From: Eledone cirrhosa
Taxonomy: Eukaryota
DNA length: 64,000 nt
Reading direction: 5' to 3'
Assembly (NCBI GenBank): GCA_964016885.1
Contig: OZ024740.1
Coordinates: 333,560,001 to 333,624,000, forward strand
Below, piece after piece: positions 12,861-26,888 of this stretch. The translations under genes were made by a program, and so were the position numbers. How positions within the stretch are numbered: the stretch's first letter is position 1; each line of letters opens with the position of its first letter. The notes below the pieces were generated by a model. It saw only the letters and a list, made by a program, of their open reading frames with translations, was not told the DNA's origin and searched no databases.

Positions 12861-14732
12861 GACGTCTCTTATCAACTGTTGGGCCTAAAAGGTCATAAAG
12901 GTTTATAAAACTTTAATAATACTTTATCTTCTAATCATTTATGATAGAATTAATGTTAGAATGAAGGATACTCTTTTGATAACTTGTTTACTTGATAAAT
13001 ATGCACACCTTAGGTTTTTTTTTAGATATTTATAATTTTGATTCAGATTTTTATTTATCTGTCTATGTTTTAAATATATAATTTTGATATTTAACCTGTA
13101 AATTTACCGATTATAATTGAACTGCAGATCTTTCATGCCTTTGTATATTTTACTCATTTTGAGTATGTTTTGGGGACTCAGAAAGTTAGATTTGCATTTA
13201 TTTCTTTTATATATATCTAGGTATAAATATAACGAACCATAATAGTCAACAAATATTGGTATCTTTCCCTCTCTCCACTGAACTGGAGGTAAAACTATAA
13301 TTATAGCATTACTAATAATGATTATAATTATTTATTTATTAAATATCTCTATATAGTTGTACAAATATGTTTATCTAGTGTAATAACATACTCGTAGTTA
13401 CATTTATAAATAATTTAGATACTCAAATGACTCTATATTGTTATAAGTGTTCGATATACCCTGGAAGTTGAATTTATATAATGATTTTTACTTAATGTAA
13501 TATAATTTAATTTAATTTAATTTATTTTAATTAAATTTAGATTACCTTCGACTTTTTCAAATATTTAGCTCCTCTTTCTATCACATTAGCTAAAATATTT
13601 TAGACGTATCTTTTGTCTACTATATATTAAAACCCTATTACATTTATAATATATTTTTAATATTGGGCATTTTTAAGTTTCGCAAACAATTCATTATTTA
13701 TTTTTTATTTTTAACTTTATATTTATTTTGTATCTAGCCCCTATCATTAGGACTCATATAGTTTTGACTTATATGTTTATAGTTTATATCAACTAAATGA
13801 AAATAATTAATATAAAACATTAATTTTTTAATAATATTTTTTAACAATATATTTTAACTATATATATTTTTTTAACAATATTTTCAGTAACTTATTTACT
13901 ATATTGTATTATTGTATTATATTGTATATTGTATACTTCTTTGTATATTTTTTGATTAACACATATATATAATTATATATTCAGAACTCTTTAAGTTTAG
14001 TTATAAGGCCGGTTGATCCTTAAGGCACTCAAACTATTTAACCATAAATTCTTTAATAATTATAACTATAATTATTTTATAAATTATATTATATAAACTG
14101 TGGTCAATATTATAAATAATGTTGGTAAAGATTACCTTCGTGAGGGTATAAAAGCATTATATATTTTCTTTCTCGTGTTTCTTAAATGCTTTAAATTTGT
14201 TTTCATAAAATTTGAATTTTAGAAATTAAACTTGATAGTATAATTATAATATTAATACAAATACCTATTAACTTTTAAAACCTAAAATATTACTCATTAC
14301 TCTGAAATAACTTAAATTAAATTGTTTGAATATTAATGGCCAAATAAATAATTTTGGATATATATTGCATATATGGGTAATTGTCTATAAACTTGAACAT
14401 AAATTACTCCCTTTGTCTCTCTCTCTCTTTAATCATCTTTCATTTGTTTTTCGAGCCACCTACGAAATATTTTATCACATTAGATGTTTCTTCCTCTATA
14501 TTTTCTTTTGTTACCTCTTTCTTTAGTAGTTTTTTAAAAAATTGTTTAACTATTATATTGATGCCATGTATTTTTTAAGCTGTATTACACGCAACCTCTC
14601 TATTGTTTGTATTATATACGTTTCTCATGTTCTCAATATTAGTGTATAAATATTGAGTTTTTGTCATATGTTAATCACTACCATGACTGAATCTTAACCA
14701 TCTACTATGACAGGGTATGTCATGCATCATCT

Positions 14733-14800
14733 TATTTTATCTGATGAGGACGTACTGTTGAACTGAACTCAGTACCTCTGAAATACGTATAAACAAATAT
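14733..14800 (+). ncRNA. Minimal type I hammerhead ribozyme at a PLE 3' end
   Basis: CTGATGA (14741), stem II GTACTG/CAGTAC, GAAA (14780) and palindromic ATACGTAT-A. Stem I is degenerate. Homologous to 46067-46132. Confidence 0.7.
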
Positions 14801-14852
14801 AATTGATCACAAGAATATCTGTTTTGTTTTGTTAATATTATATTTTGAATTA

Positions 14853-14967
<115 letters not shown>

Positions 14968-14992
14968 AATATATATATATATATATATATAT

Positions 14993-17500
14993 TTAATAAA
15001 AATAGAGGTGTGACACACGAGTTGTGATATATTAGTAAAAAGGAAGAGAAATGCTGACAAATGTTTCCCAGTGAAAAAATAGTTTAATTAGTAATAAGTA
15101 TTAGTTAGTATTCAGTTTTAGTTTTAAGTGTTTACCGGTTACGCATTTCTTATGCTTTTCAAAAATAATTTTGAGATAGAATAGTAGTAGTAGACATTTA
15201 ATTTGGTGGTAGAGGAATGCAGACTTCAGTTTTGAATGGAAAGAATTCTTTGAATGAAAATATTACTTTTACTAAAAGAGGTCAAGCCGGTGAAAGGTAC
15301 ACGAACATTTGATGTTATTAAAGAATAATGCTAATGTTAAAATCGAAGGAGAATAACATTTTTAGCATAAATGTGTTAGTGAGAAATACCAATCTTATTT
15401 AAAAGATAAACAATTTAGATCTATAAAAAGAAATTAAATTAATTTACTTGATAGGTATACATATAGAGATAAATTTATATTAATTCATATAGATGTTTTA
15501 AATAAGAGTTAGATGTTATTAAAGAATAAAGGTGTTAAAAACGAAGGAAAAAAAACGGAGGAAAAAAATGTTGGGGGGATAAATGTATTAGTGAGAAATA
15601 ACAAACTTATATAGACTACAAGGAATTTAGATTCATAACAAGAAATTAAAATAGTATATATGTATACTTACAGGTATTATATTTAGGAAAAGATAGCTGT
15701 AAAAGGGAAATAAAATTATGAATTTCTCAGTAGTAAAATACTAATTATAGGTTAACTAAATAAAAAAAAAATAATTATAATAATTTGTAAAATATAAGTG
15801 TATATTAATTAGGTTTATGATATTTGAAAGTTCTTCTAATTCTATGATTGCACGATATAATTAATTCTGTCGCTTATTTAATAAGATATATTTAGATTTC
15901 ATTATTTCAAAAAGTTCCTGGGAACACAATCTACACTCATTTCTGTTATTTTGATAAGGGGTGGCCCTTTTGAGCACACTCCAGGTCAGGTTATAATCGA
16001 TATTCTTTTTTCTATAATTATTAATTATTTCAGCTCAGGATGTTGTATTAGCTAATGCGGCCTTTTAAAACTATGTTTGTGGGTATTAAATCTTACTTTA
16101 AATTGGTTAGAAGTACCTCCTATATATGAATAAGTTGAGTCCTTAGTGCTAATTTTACATTTATATACTATGTTATTAAGAAGGCAATTTCCTTTTAATG
16201 GGCAATCTGATTTATCTCTAAAGTTACAACCATTCGTGAATATTATAAGAGGGGAGTTAGTAAAATTAGGTATGGAATTTACTCGACTTGTATGTGAAAG
16301 AGATGGTGGTTTGCTGCGGTTTATTTTAGTATTATGGTTATTTTGATGTGTTGGTGGTATATTCATGGTTTTTTTACATTTATATGCATTGTAGGCTCTT
16401 ATATTTTGTTGTATATTTTTGGTAGTGGAGTAGGAGAATTTGACCGTTGATCTATTTAAAATTTGATGGTATTTATGGTTTGCTGGAAAGTTTTTCTCTA
16501 GTATAGTAAAAGATTTTTTAGGGATATTATCTTTAATTTGTAGATTAAATGGAGCATTATACCAAGTAACTCATCTATTACGGTTTCGATGTTGTTTTTT
16601 TTTATTTTTATACGATGTATCCTGATATATCCTGATGTTTACTAAGAGAGTTAGTATTAGTTTTATCGAATACATTCTGGTTAGATGAAAGGTTAGACAT
16701 TCTGAGTGAGATATTATATGCTAGGTTTTTAAGGATAGATCTAGGGTGATTGGATTTTGAGTGTATGTAATATGAGTTTTGGTTAGGTTTATGGTAAGGT
16801 TGGTAGATACCCGTAGATAAGTCTAAAGTTATATCAAGGAAATTAACTACTTTACTGGTGTTTTCAAATGTAATAGTGAGACTATAATAGTCTTTGAGGA
16901 AAGTTCTAATAAGTTTTTTTATTTTGTTCAATTTCTGATAGGCTAAGGTTAGTGGAAAGAAGACAGTCATCACGATATAAACCACCTTTAAAGTGGGGAA
17001 AAGAAGCATTAAATAGAAGAAAGAGGCCCACAATATAGGTAATTTGGGCAGAATCACTAGAGCCCATAGTAATGTCGAATAGATTACTATATGTATTTCT
17101 GGTCAAGTATTCCTTCTGAAATTCCAGTAGTGTTTGTCTAGGGTGCGTGATAATATTAATGTCATCCATAGTTAAATTTGATCTATTTTTGGCAAATATC
17201 AAGGCTTTGTTCAGGAGTATGGGTGATATAGAGGGATAATAAGCATCTATATCGAATTGTAGAAATGAAGCAGATGATTTATTTCTAATATTAGTAAACC
17301 AGTTAATTACCTGGGATGTGTTTTCCAAGAGTGGTAAATTAACGTGTTTTCTTAATTGTGCGATGACTCTATCTAACATTTTTTTTACTAATGATGCCAA
17401 TGTAAGATTTGGAAGGGCATATAAGTCTTATAGAAGGATTAGAGTTAAAATTAGATTTGTGATCTTTCAGGTTAAAATGTGTTTTTTTTTCAGTGTGAAA
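14993..17500 (-). mobile_element. Penelope-like element, AT-rich, RT plus GIY-YIG (tentatively Naiad-like)
   Basis: Motifs FLQFDIDAYYPSI, ITMGSSDSAQIT, GGLYRDD, FLDITLDL...YHKPN...SNHP and GCNFRDKSDCPLKGNCLLNNIVYKC...SYIGGT..FKVRFNTHKHSF. Contains frameshifts. Confidence 0.9.
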
Positions 17501-18766
17501 GCTACTTCTAACCACTTTAAAGTAAGATTTAATACCTACAGACACAGTTTTAAAAAGGTCGCATTAGCTAATACAACATCCTTGGTTGGAAATAATTGAT
17601 AATTATAGAAAAAAGAATATCGATTATAACCTCACCTGGAGTGTGCTCAAAAGGGCCACGCCTTATCAAAATAACAGATATGAGTGTAAATTATGTTCCC
17701 AGGAACTTTTTGAAATAATGAAATCTAAGGATATCCTATTAAATAAGCGACAAGAATTAATTATATCGTGCAGTCATAGAATTAGAAGAACTTTCAAGTA
17801 TTATAAACCTAATTAATATACACTTATATTTTACAAATTATTATAATTAGTTTTTTTAAATTTAGTTAACCTATAATTAGTATTTTACTACTGAGAACTT
17901 CATAATTTTATTTCCCTTTTACAGCTATCTTTTCCTAAAATTAATACCTATAATATTAATACATATAATATTAATACATAAAATTAATACATATAAACTA
18001 TTTTAATTTCCTGTTATGAATCTAAATTCCTTGTAGTCTATTTAAGTTTGTTATTTCTCACTAATACATTTACACCCCAAAAATTTGTTTTCCTCCGTTT
18101 CTTTTTTTTCCTTCGTTTTTATCAACATTCTTTAATAACATCTAACTCTTATTTATCACATCTATATGAATTAATATATATTTATCCCTGTAAGTATACC
18201 TATCAATTAAATTAATTTAATTTCTTTTTATAGATCAAAATTCCTTATGTTTTAAATAAGATTTGTATTTCTCACTAACACATTTATCCTAAAATTTTAT
18301 TCTCCTTCGATTTTAACATTAGCATTGTTCTTTAATAACATCAAATTTTCGTGTACCTTTCACCGGCTTGACCTCTTTTCATCCCCAAAGTAATATTTTC
18401 ATTCAAAGTATTCTTTCCATTCAAAACTGAATTATGCATTCCTCTTTCCCTAAAATAAATTTCTACTACTACTATTCTATCAACTTTACAACTTACTACT
18501 TTTCTATTGGACAATTAAAAACCTGTTCCCAAACAGACCTATTATAATAAATCTTTGTTGGTTTTTTTCAATAAACAAATATCATTATTTCTGAAGACAG
18601 CATATATATGTGTAGGTATGAATATTCCTTCTGATAGTTTGTAAAACTTTTACATAGATCTATTGATATACATACCAACACACACATATATATCCTAGAA
18701 ACGATCGTAAAATGATGAATTGTTTAATATAAGGAACTGTTTCTTTGTTTTTATTCATTGCTTTTA

Positions 18767-18772
<6 letters not shown>
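17500..18772 (+). mobile_element. Inverted partial 3' copy of the adjacent PLE
   Basis: 17500-18481 is the reverse complement of about 15175-16115 (GIY-YIG end plus UTR). It continues through an HHR into (TA)n. Confidence 0.9.
18581..18716 (+). ncRNA. Type I hammerhead ribozyme with ~100-nt stem II
   Basis: Stem I ATCATTATTT/AAATGAT, CTGAAGA (18591), a long stem II, GAAA (18698), palindromic ACGATCGT, and UA cleavage site after 18709. Confidence 0.78.
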
Positions 18773-18850
<78 letters not shown>

Positions 18851-18870
18851 TACATATATTATATATATAT

Positions 18871-18983
<113 letters not shown>

Positions 18984-21029
18984 TGTGCGTGTATGCACAT
19001 ACGCCATTACTCTGGATCATGCAGCGATTGTTGTATTCTTCATTGGACAATTTTCCAGGAAATTAAAATACACCTTCACCAGTTATTGTTTGTTTCCGAG
19101 AGAGATCTGATATGAAAATATTAGCTTCAATACATCACCCTCTATGCGTATATGAGTACGTGCTCTTTATTGGTACAGACAATGAAATTCATCTGTTGGT
19201 TTTAACTTGGGTGCTGTGGCATCTACATCATATTCGTTGGTTTAAATCGCACAGTGTTATTAGATAATTAAATATATTCTCCATGGCTCCCTATATGCAT
19301 TTTCCTCTGAATCACACTGTGGTATTTCTATGGCTAATACTATAAAACCTGTGTTACCTATTTATAATCAAGTTAAAAACAACTACAACTAAACAGAAAC
19401 ACAAATAAAACAGATGCTAATATATTCTAAGGTGAAATGCAAATTCTAGCGCTCACCATGCAGGCAGTGTTTCTGCTTATAATAATAATAACGTCTGATT
19501 GTTAAGGTTTATTGAATAATATAATTATATAAGAGCATACTTATAACAATTCACATTAAAATAATTGCCTTTTTAGAGATATGTTTTTCTAATTGATTAT
19601 TTTGAACAGTGTGGAAAGCATGGAATATGGAAAGTAATTTGAAGTGTTAGGTAGTGTTCGAATTTAGCGTCAATCCTATGTTATACGCGTGGCTGCTGTG
19701 TTTTCACATAAATCAGTCGACAGAAAAATAAGAAAGAAAATAAAACGGAGTGACGCCTTGGGTATATAACGATGTATTTCAATATGTAATCATTAATCAA
19801 TCCTATACATTTGAATTAGAAAAACGCGAAGAAGAAATATATTCCTGCCAGAAAAACTTTGCATGAAATAAGTCAGTTGACAGATCGATGATGGAAATAT
19901 TAATGGAAAAAATAAAAACCAAATGATTGAAGGCGTACATTGTGTCTTTCCAAATGATTGATATGTTCTTTAGTACTTTCCTCATTCATTAATATATACT
20001 ATGCTATGGATTAACTTTGTACTATGTGTCAGGTATGTAGAAATACATGCCCATATGTTACAAAAATGTGTTACATAGATATACCCACTGGTATATTTTA
20101 TTTCGTATTATAGATTACATATTTGCAGTATTTCTAAACATCTCGGATAAGTACACATGTAAGATAAAGATATAATTCTGTTTTTCGATGTTTTTAATTA
20201 TTATTTACTTTTTAATAACGATTTTTTAACAATAACTTCACTCGTTATAGAACTGACTAATCCGTATTTTGTTGGAATTGTTTTTGAAGATATAAATTCA
20301 ATGAAATGTATTAAGTTTGATATTCTATAATTCTGACAGGTCCTTTCTTTCACATAAAAATACACTTTTAGTTCAAAGGAATAATAGTTCGATTTCACTG
20401 AGTAACATTAAGGATCTCATGTTATCATTGAGTTGGATCACCGCAAAAATACTAATGGAGGTAGATAAAAGTTGGCTCTGGCAATGTTAGATAGACACTA
20501 AATAGGGCTGTGTTTCGAGGAAGCGGCGTCATTACACATTTGAAAGGTTCCTTATCATTATTATTACGTTAAGGATACAGATCTCATGAAAGCCAGAGCA
20601 ACATGCTTAATAATATAAAATTATGATCTTGGAAATAACAAGAAATTATTTGAATTACTTTATAACTAGTGATTTATTACTCATGCATCAATTACGTTCC
20701 CATCACGAATTTCTTTCCTCGTAACACCGTCCTGCCAACGTATGCTCCTGATAGCTCATAGAGTTATGTGATGGAAGCGTTACAGCATTTTAGTAATTTG
20801 TTAACTATGTAAAACGTTTTAAAAACAAATTAGAATTGAAAACCTAAATGATGGAGAGTAAAACAAATTGCAGAAAAAACCTATTACATTTCAATATGAA
20901 TATGCGGAGACTTGAGTTTGAATCATACGGTTGATTATTTTATCTGTTACTCCTAAATGTGAGTATCTGTTACTCTTAAGTGTGAACACCCAGTCACATA
21001 CACGCACACATGCCTCTTGAAGCTTAAGC

Positions 21030-23550
21030 TGAAAGCTAGGTTTCTGTAGGTGGTGTAACTTTATGCACCAAACAAAAGTGCAAATACCGGCTCATCCTTG
21101 ATGAAGACACTGCAGTGTTAGATGTAGTAAAGGTTGTGTCATATATCCTGATGGGAGACGACAATGCACATGTTGTCAGTGACCATCTGATATGGAAAAG
21201 AGAGATAGGATGGAATGGTGACCCCGATATAAATACGAATGGAGTTGCCTTATTAAACTTCTGTTCTAGTAATGGATTCTCTGTTATGGACACCTTCTTC
21301 CAACAAAGAGACAACCATAAATATACATGGTATAAGCGGAATCAGTGACAGAAATTCATATTTAATTTTGTAATTGGCTGTGATATCTTTGAAACATGTG
21401 TGACATTTATGTCAAGAGAGCGGCTGAGCTGTCAAGTCATCATCATCTATATATCTGAAAATTGAAACTACCAAAACCCAAAGAAGCTCTCAAAACTGAT
21501 AGGTTCTGGGTGACCTACAAAATGATGTGGGAAACATTGGTGTATAAGGGAGTCAGGACCAGGTATGTGGATACTATTTCATCCAAATTTAGAGAACTCC
21601 ATGAGGGAACTGAGGATGTTGATACAGAGTTGAGATGGTTCAGCTCAGCTGTCTCTGTTTCAGCTGTTACATTCTGCGAGGTGGGGTTGTGGGGCTTGGC
21701 ATGGTGCCGATAGGCAGCAAAACCCCTTGGTTACAGCAAGAGTTCAAAGATGCGATCCGGGCCAAGATGGTAACCTAAAAAGCCTGGCTTGTAAATAAGA
21801 CCTTATTTCTTGCACTAGCGGTAAGAGACGGCACGGAAAATTGCAACAGAGACAGTAAAGGTTTACAAAGTTAAGACATGGAAGGACTTTGGGCTTAAGC
21901 TGGAATACGACATAAGAGCATCAAATAAAGTACTGAGGAAGACTATCCACCAACATAGACATAAAGAGATCTCCTCCACACCTGCCTTCAAGAACGCATC
22001 TGGGCTGCTCCTAAGCTTAGAAAGGTACATCCTCGTGAGGGGGAGAAAATAATTTGCTCGTCTGCAAGAGCCGGTCACAAGAGCAATTTCTGATGTTCAT
22101 GAGAAGCATCTGGGAGCGGTGACTATCGAAGGCTGAGGTCACAAAGGCAATTAATGTGCAGTTAAAGGGAACTGAGGTAGATGAAATCCGTCTCCAAATG
22201 TTAAAAACCTTAAATACAGAAGGTACTCCCTGAGTGAATCGTGACTGCCGATTGGACTGAGTTTCTGGAAACGAATCGAATCAATGGCAATCAGGAGACT
22301 AGACATATTGTTCTAATTACCGAAAGATCACAAAGTCTGGTAAATAGATGGAAGGAGATTGTCGAGTCCACGGTAGACGTTGAACAGTGCAGATCTTGCC
22401 CCGGGCGCAGAAGAGTCAACTAAATATTCACATTGTGGCAGGTCCTCAAGATATCGTAGGAGTATTTCCAAGAGGACTATTCTTCTTTTGTAGATCTTGA
22501 AAAGGCATCTGACCGCGTTCTCTAGGACATGCCGTGGGTTGTAGTGCAGGATTATGGGATCGATGGTCATATTCTTGCTGCCCATACGAATACCCGATTA
22601 TTTGTTTTCGGATGAATGATACTAAATCGAAACTGTCAGATGTGGGAATTGGACAACGCAACCGGTGCGTACTGTCTCCTATGCTTTTGCCTGTTTTGCG
22701 AAACAGGATTAACATGCTCAGGCTGACTGGAAGTGAAATCATGACTGGTGGGTGCAAAATCACGAATTTGCAGACGTCTAGGTGTTACTTGACTCGAGCG
22801 AAGGTAATTTCCGACTTACACTTAATAAGTTTTACACCGAGTGCGGCATTGCTGGATGGAAAACCAATGCTGTGACAACTGAACACTCATCCTCTCAAGG
22901 AAACCAGTGCTGTGTACTCTATATGTGAATGGAATTCCACTGAAGCAGGTAGACAAGTTTAAGTATCTCGAGATCGAGTAAACGAGTGATGGAAGGAAGG
23001 AGGCTGTATTAAATGCATGAAATTCAAGAGTTCATACAGCATTCGGTAACCATCAGAATGAGATAGATGTAAAAGCCAAATTCGCTATCCTCAATTCGGT
23101 ATTCGTGCCAATCTTTAGCTAAGGTTGTGAATCATGTGTAATGTCCGATAGAATACCATCGCCAATATAAGTGGCCAAAATGGGGTTCCTTCGAATGGTC
23201 TTCGGAGTATCGCTACTCGATAAACGGCGTAGCTCGGAGATCAGAAAGTCACTCCAGGTAGAGCCTCTTCTTCTCTGGATTGAGAAATAAAAGCTCCGAT
23301 ACTATGGGCATGTGATTAGAATGCTCCTGAAATAATCGCAGGACATATTTTACGGACAGAAACAACCGGATAATCCCCGAGTATGATGGTTGGATAACAT
23401 CCAAGAGGTTTGCTGGGCTCGCTTGGTGTTTCAATCGGATCTGTTGGAGACGGTCGCTTCTGACAGGACCCACTTGCGGGTATGTTTGAGGACTCTGGCT
23501 CCATGATCCTCTGATGAATAAGTGAGGGAAGAATAAGAATAAGAAGATTC
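21030..23550 (+). mobile_element. Decayed RTE-type LINE (APE plus RT)
   Basis: MGDDNAHV...NTNGVALLNFCSSNGFSVMDTFFQQRDNHKYTWY, FVDLEKASDR and QVDKFKYL, ending in a GAA-rich tail. Many stops. Confidence 0.8.
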
Positions 23551-25409
23551 TTAAGTGTTAACTAAGTAATAACATATATAATATTGTTTAGAATAACATG
23601 CCTATAAGCCCTATTTAAATTTAATATGATTAAATGTGTTATTTAAAATTGTTATGTGCGTCAAATACCGAAGTAAAATTCCGAATGTGTTCTGTTCATG
23701 AATTTAAATGCACTCTTATCTCGGTCAATTCTGCCTCTTATTCCGTATTTAGATAAAACAAATATTGATATTACATTACCGTTTCAACTGACTTGAAACG
23801 TATTTTAAATTGGCATTATGTCTTTTCTTGCCAGAAGTCACCAGAATCATTTAAACCTGGCTTAGTAAGCGTTTAAGAAAATCTATATGTTTGTGTAAAG
23901 ATTTTTAAGAGGAAGCAACATTTGCTTTCCTCATGATTGTGGTTTTATAAAACTTTCAACGATAAATAATTGTAATTTAAAACAAAGAATTATCCAAATG
24001 ATCAGAAAAATTTACAATATAAATCATTAATTAACAATCGTATTATTGTTTTAAAAAATCTCACTGCAGTATTGATTCAAGTACAAGTAATGGCAAAATA
24101 AATAGAATTACACCAATCTTCTGACATTTATGCGTCAATGAAATGACCAATAAATTCCAGGCTGGAATAAAATTACAAGAAATAAAACATTATGCAAGAC
24201 AAAATTGTTTAATCGTAATAAACCAGGAAATAATTCACATCAATATACGGAAGAAAACAAAACTAGAAAAAATTATATATAGGCAAATAGTAGACTTATA
24301 CATAGAATACACAGAGCATCACACGTATCTATTCACAAATATTTATTAGTCTTTAATTCATTTTATTACAATAATTAACGCCATTAAATTGTTTTAAATC
24401 AAATTAAATTGAAAGTGCTATGTAATTACTTTAGATTAACTTGCCATTTTAGTTTTATTAACATCATAACAATAACTAGAGGAACCATTACTATATAAGT
24501 ATATCCTACACTCTAATAAATAATTATCCTTTTTCTTGTTGCCCCCATAACTCTATCATTATATAGAGAGATCGGAGGGGTGGAACACGTTGTGCATGTA
24601 AATAGAATATTTAGTTCGCTTTAATTATCCTTAGCCTTTCTTTAAATTTTCCTACAATTCAATGATTATATATGTATATGTGTATATATATGTATATATG
24701 TATGCATATATGTCAAGTCGCTCTTCAGCATCACTGGCTCGTCTGGGACGAAAGCGTCAAGACTATCAAACTTGCTTGGTGAAGATGGTGATTTTCGATA
24801 CCCTGTGGGATGATAAAAAAAAATGTTAAAGAGTGAAGGAACTCAAAAGATCAATGGCCATCCAAAAAAGTTTTTTTTTTTAGCAGAGCAAGAAACCACT
24901 AATCTTCAATAAGACTTTTCCCTATGCTCACTATATTGTCAGGTTTGTATTTCTAATTATATTCAAATATTTAAAATTCAGGTTTTCCCGGTTGAATTTC
25001 TGGACTGGAATTGGTCTTTCGGATATTTATTTTCTTTCATACTAAATGATTTGTATCCAAATTTATTAGAGCCTCATGCGGTTTTTTCTGATATTCTGGA
25101 ACAAAGTAATTAGTTATGAATATGAAGTTGCGTTTATCTCAACATGGAGGAACATTTAATATTTAAATTACTTGACACACTTTAGTAAGTGTCATGCATA
25201 TAATTTGATAAAACCTTTAGTTTAATCATTAACTTTATTTTTCGCGTGTAAGGGTTCGTGTATGTATTTCAATAAATTAGGGAGTTGAGTAATCTTTTTT
25301 CATTTCATTTTTATTTTATTATACATATAAATACTTATATCAATTCATGCAAAATGACCTTCCACTTTTAAGAGAGGTCACATGATAATACACGAGAATG
25401 AATGACTAC

Positions 25410-25730
25410 CGAATAATGCTTCCCTTTTTCATCATACCAGAAACAATACAGGTATCAATGATCAAACACCTGCTGACGAACGGTCCTCTATTTCGCCTGA
25501 CTGCCGAATCCACTTGGGATTTGCATATACATTTTACAATTCAGGATGCACTGTTCGGGAAGCCCGAAAAACCTGTCGAATATTTTCAACTATTTGTATT
25601 CATTATTATCGATTCGAGATGGCCCAGATTAGTCACCTACCTGTTCGTATTTATATTTGTGGCTATATACTATGGCCACATACACCTGGTCGATTTATTC
25701 ATGGGGCCACAATTTTACAACTTTCTGTTT
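25410..25730 (+). mobile_element. Possible highly decayed Gypsy integrase fragment
   Basis: Weak motifs IIPETIQ, HLG...KTC, IIDSRWP and HLVDLFMGP, spread across frames and not in clean order. Confidence 0.25.
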
Positions 25731-25876
25731 ACTCTAAGAGATAAAAATGTATTAACTTTATGGACCATTGAGTGTGCTTTGTGACGGCCTCAAACAATTC
25801 GATTGCTCCCTGACCCACCGAAATTACGACTTCGATTCATACCTTATATGTGTATATGTATGTATGTATGCATGCA

Positions 25877-25995
<119 letters not shown>

Positions 25996-26154
25996 GAGGT
26001 TTTTCTACAAAATGAATAAAAACGAGATGTCCTACACGAGTGAAAGTTTAAGGAAAAAAGATGAAATCGAAAATGCAAATACATATTTAAAAAAAAAACT
26101 CAAGTTGCATTTTTGATTTCATCTTTTTTTTTTCCTTATATATATATATATATA

Positions 26155-26434
26155 AAATGGAAAACGAAGAATCAGTTATGAATCGGAACGCAATTTATTA
26201 CGTATTACAATTGTTTCTCACTAGACGTATCTGAGGAACTTGCAAATCCAGAGTCAGGTTCGATCCACAAATAGATCGCACCTTGAGCTGTTCGGCGGAA
26301 AAATAATTGTGATCCGTAATAAATTGTGTTCCGATGCATCACTGATTCTGTGTTTTCCATATTATCATTCTCTTCTCCGAAGAAGCATAGTGTGTTTAAT
26401 TGGCATACCGCCTATGGACGCATCCTAGCAACCA

Positions 26435-26435
<1 letters not shown>
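26155..26435 (+). mobile_element. Fold-back PLE-end element (family A, second copy)
   Basis: Inverted arms at about 26155-26220 and 26297-26352. The tail is homologous to the reverse complement of 2641-2725. (TA)n flanks. Confidence 0.75.
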
Positions 26436-26475
<40 letters not shown>

Positions 26476-26512
26476 AATTCTACTACCCTATATATATATA
26501 TATACATATATA

Positions 26513-26588
26513 TAGGAATTCTACTACCCTAAGTATTGAGTACTTTGGTGCGTTATGGTCCATATGGTTCCTTACCACATTTCCTTCG

Positions 26589-26591
<3 letters not shown>
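26513..26591 (+). mobile_element. Family B 3' tail fragment
   Basis: Matches 5338-5410 and lies between (TA)n tracts. Confidence 0.75.
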
Positions 26592-26636
<45 letters not shown>

Positions 26637-26830
26637 TCAGGTTTGAGGTTCACCACTGTATAGAGCTGGTTTTTTCCGTATGGTCAATCGTAATGCAATA
26701 ATATAGAGAGTACTCAACGTAAAGCAGTTCAACCGTCTTTGTTATTGTAGTTGGTGATGCTATTACGGAGTTAAATATTATAATGAAATGACAGGAGGCT
26801 GGATTTGTATAAATCCTTGAAAGGTTTATT

Positions 26831-26888
26831 ATACTATGATAATTTCAATGACCGGGTTCCGTATGAATCCGGTGATATCATCAGGTAT
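26831..26888 (-). ncRNA. Type I hammerhead ribozyme (minus arm of family C)
   Basis: Reverse complement of 28323-28380. Confidence 0.8.

Noticed and set aside
23505-23535. CTGATGA near the RTE 3' end
   Set aside because: There is no GAAA/UH or supporting helices.
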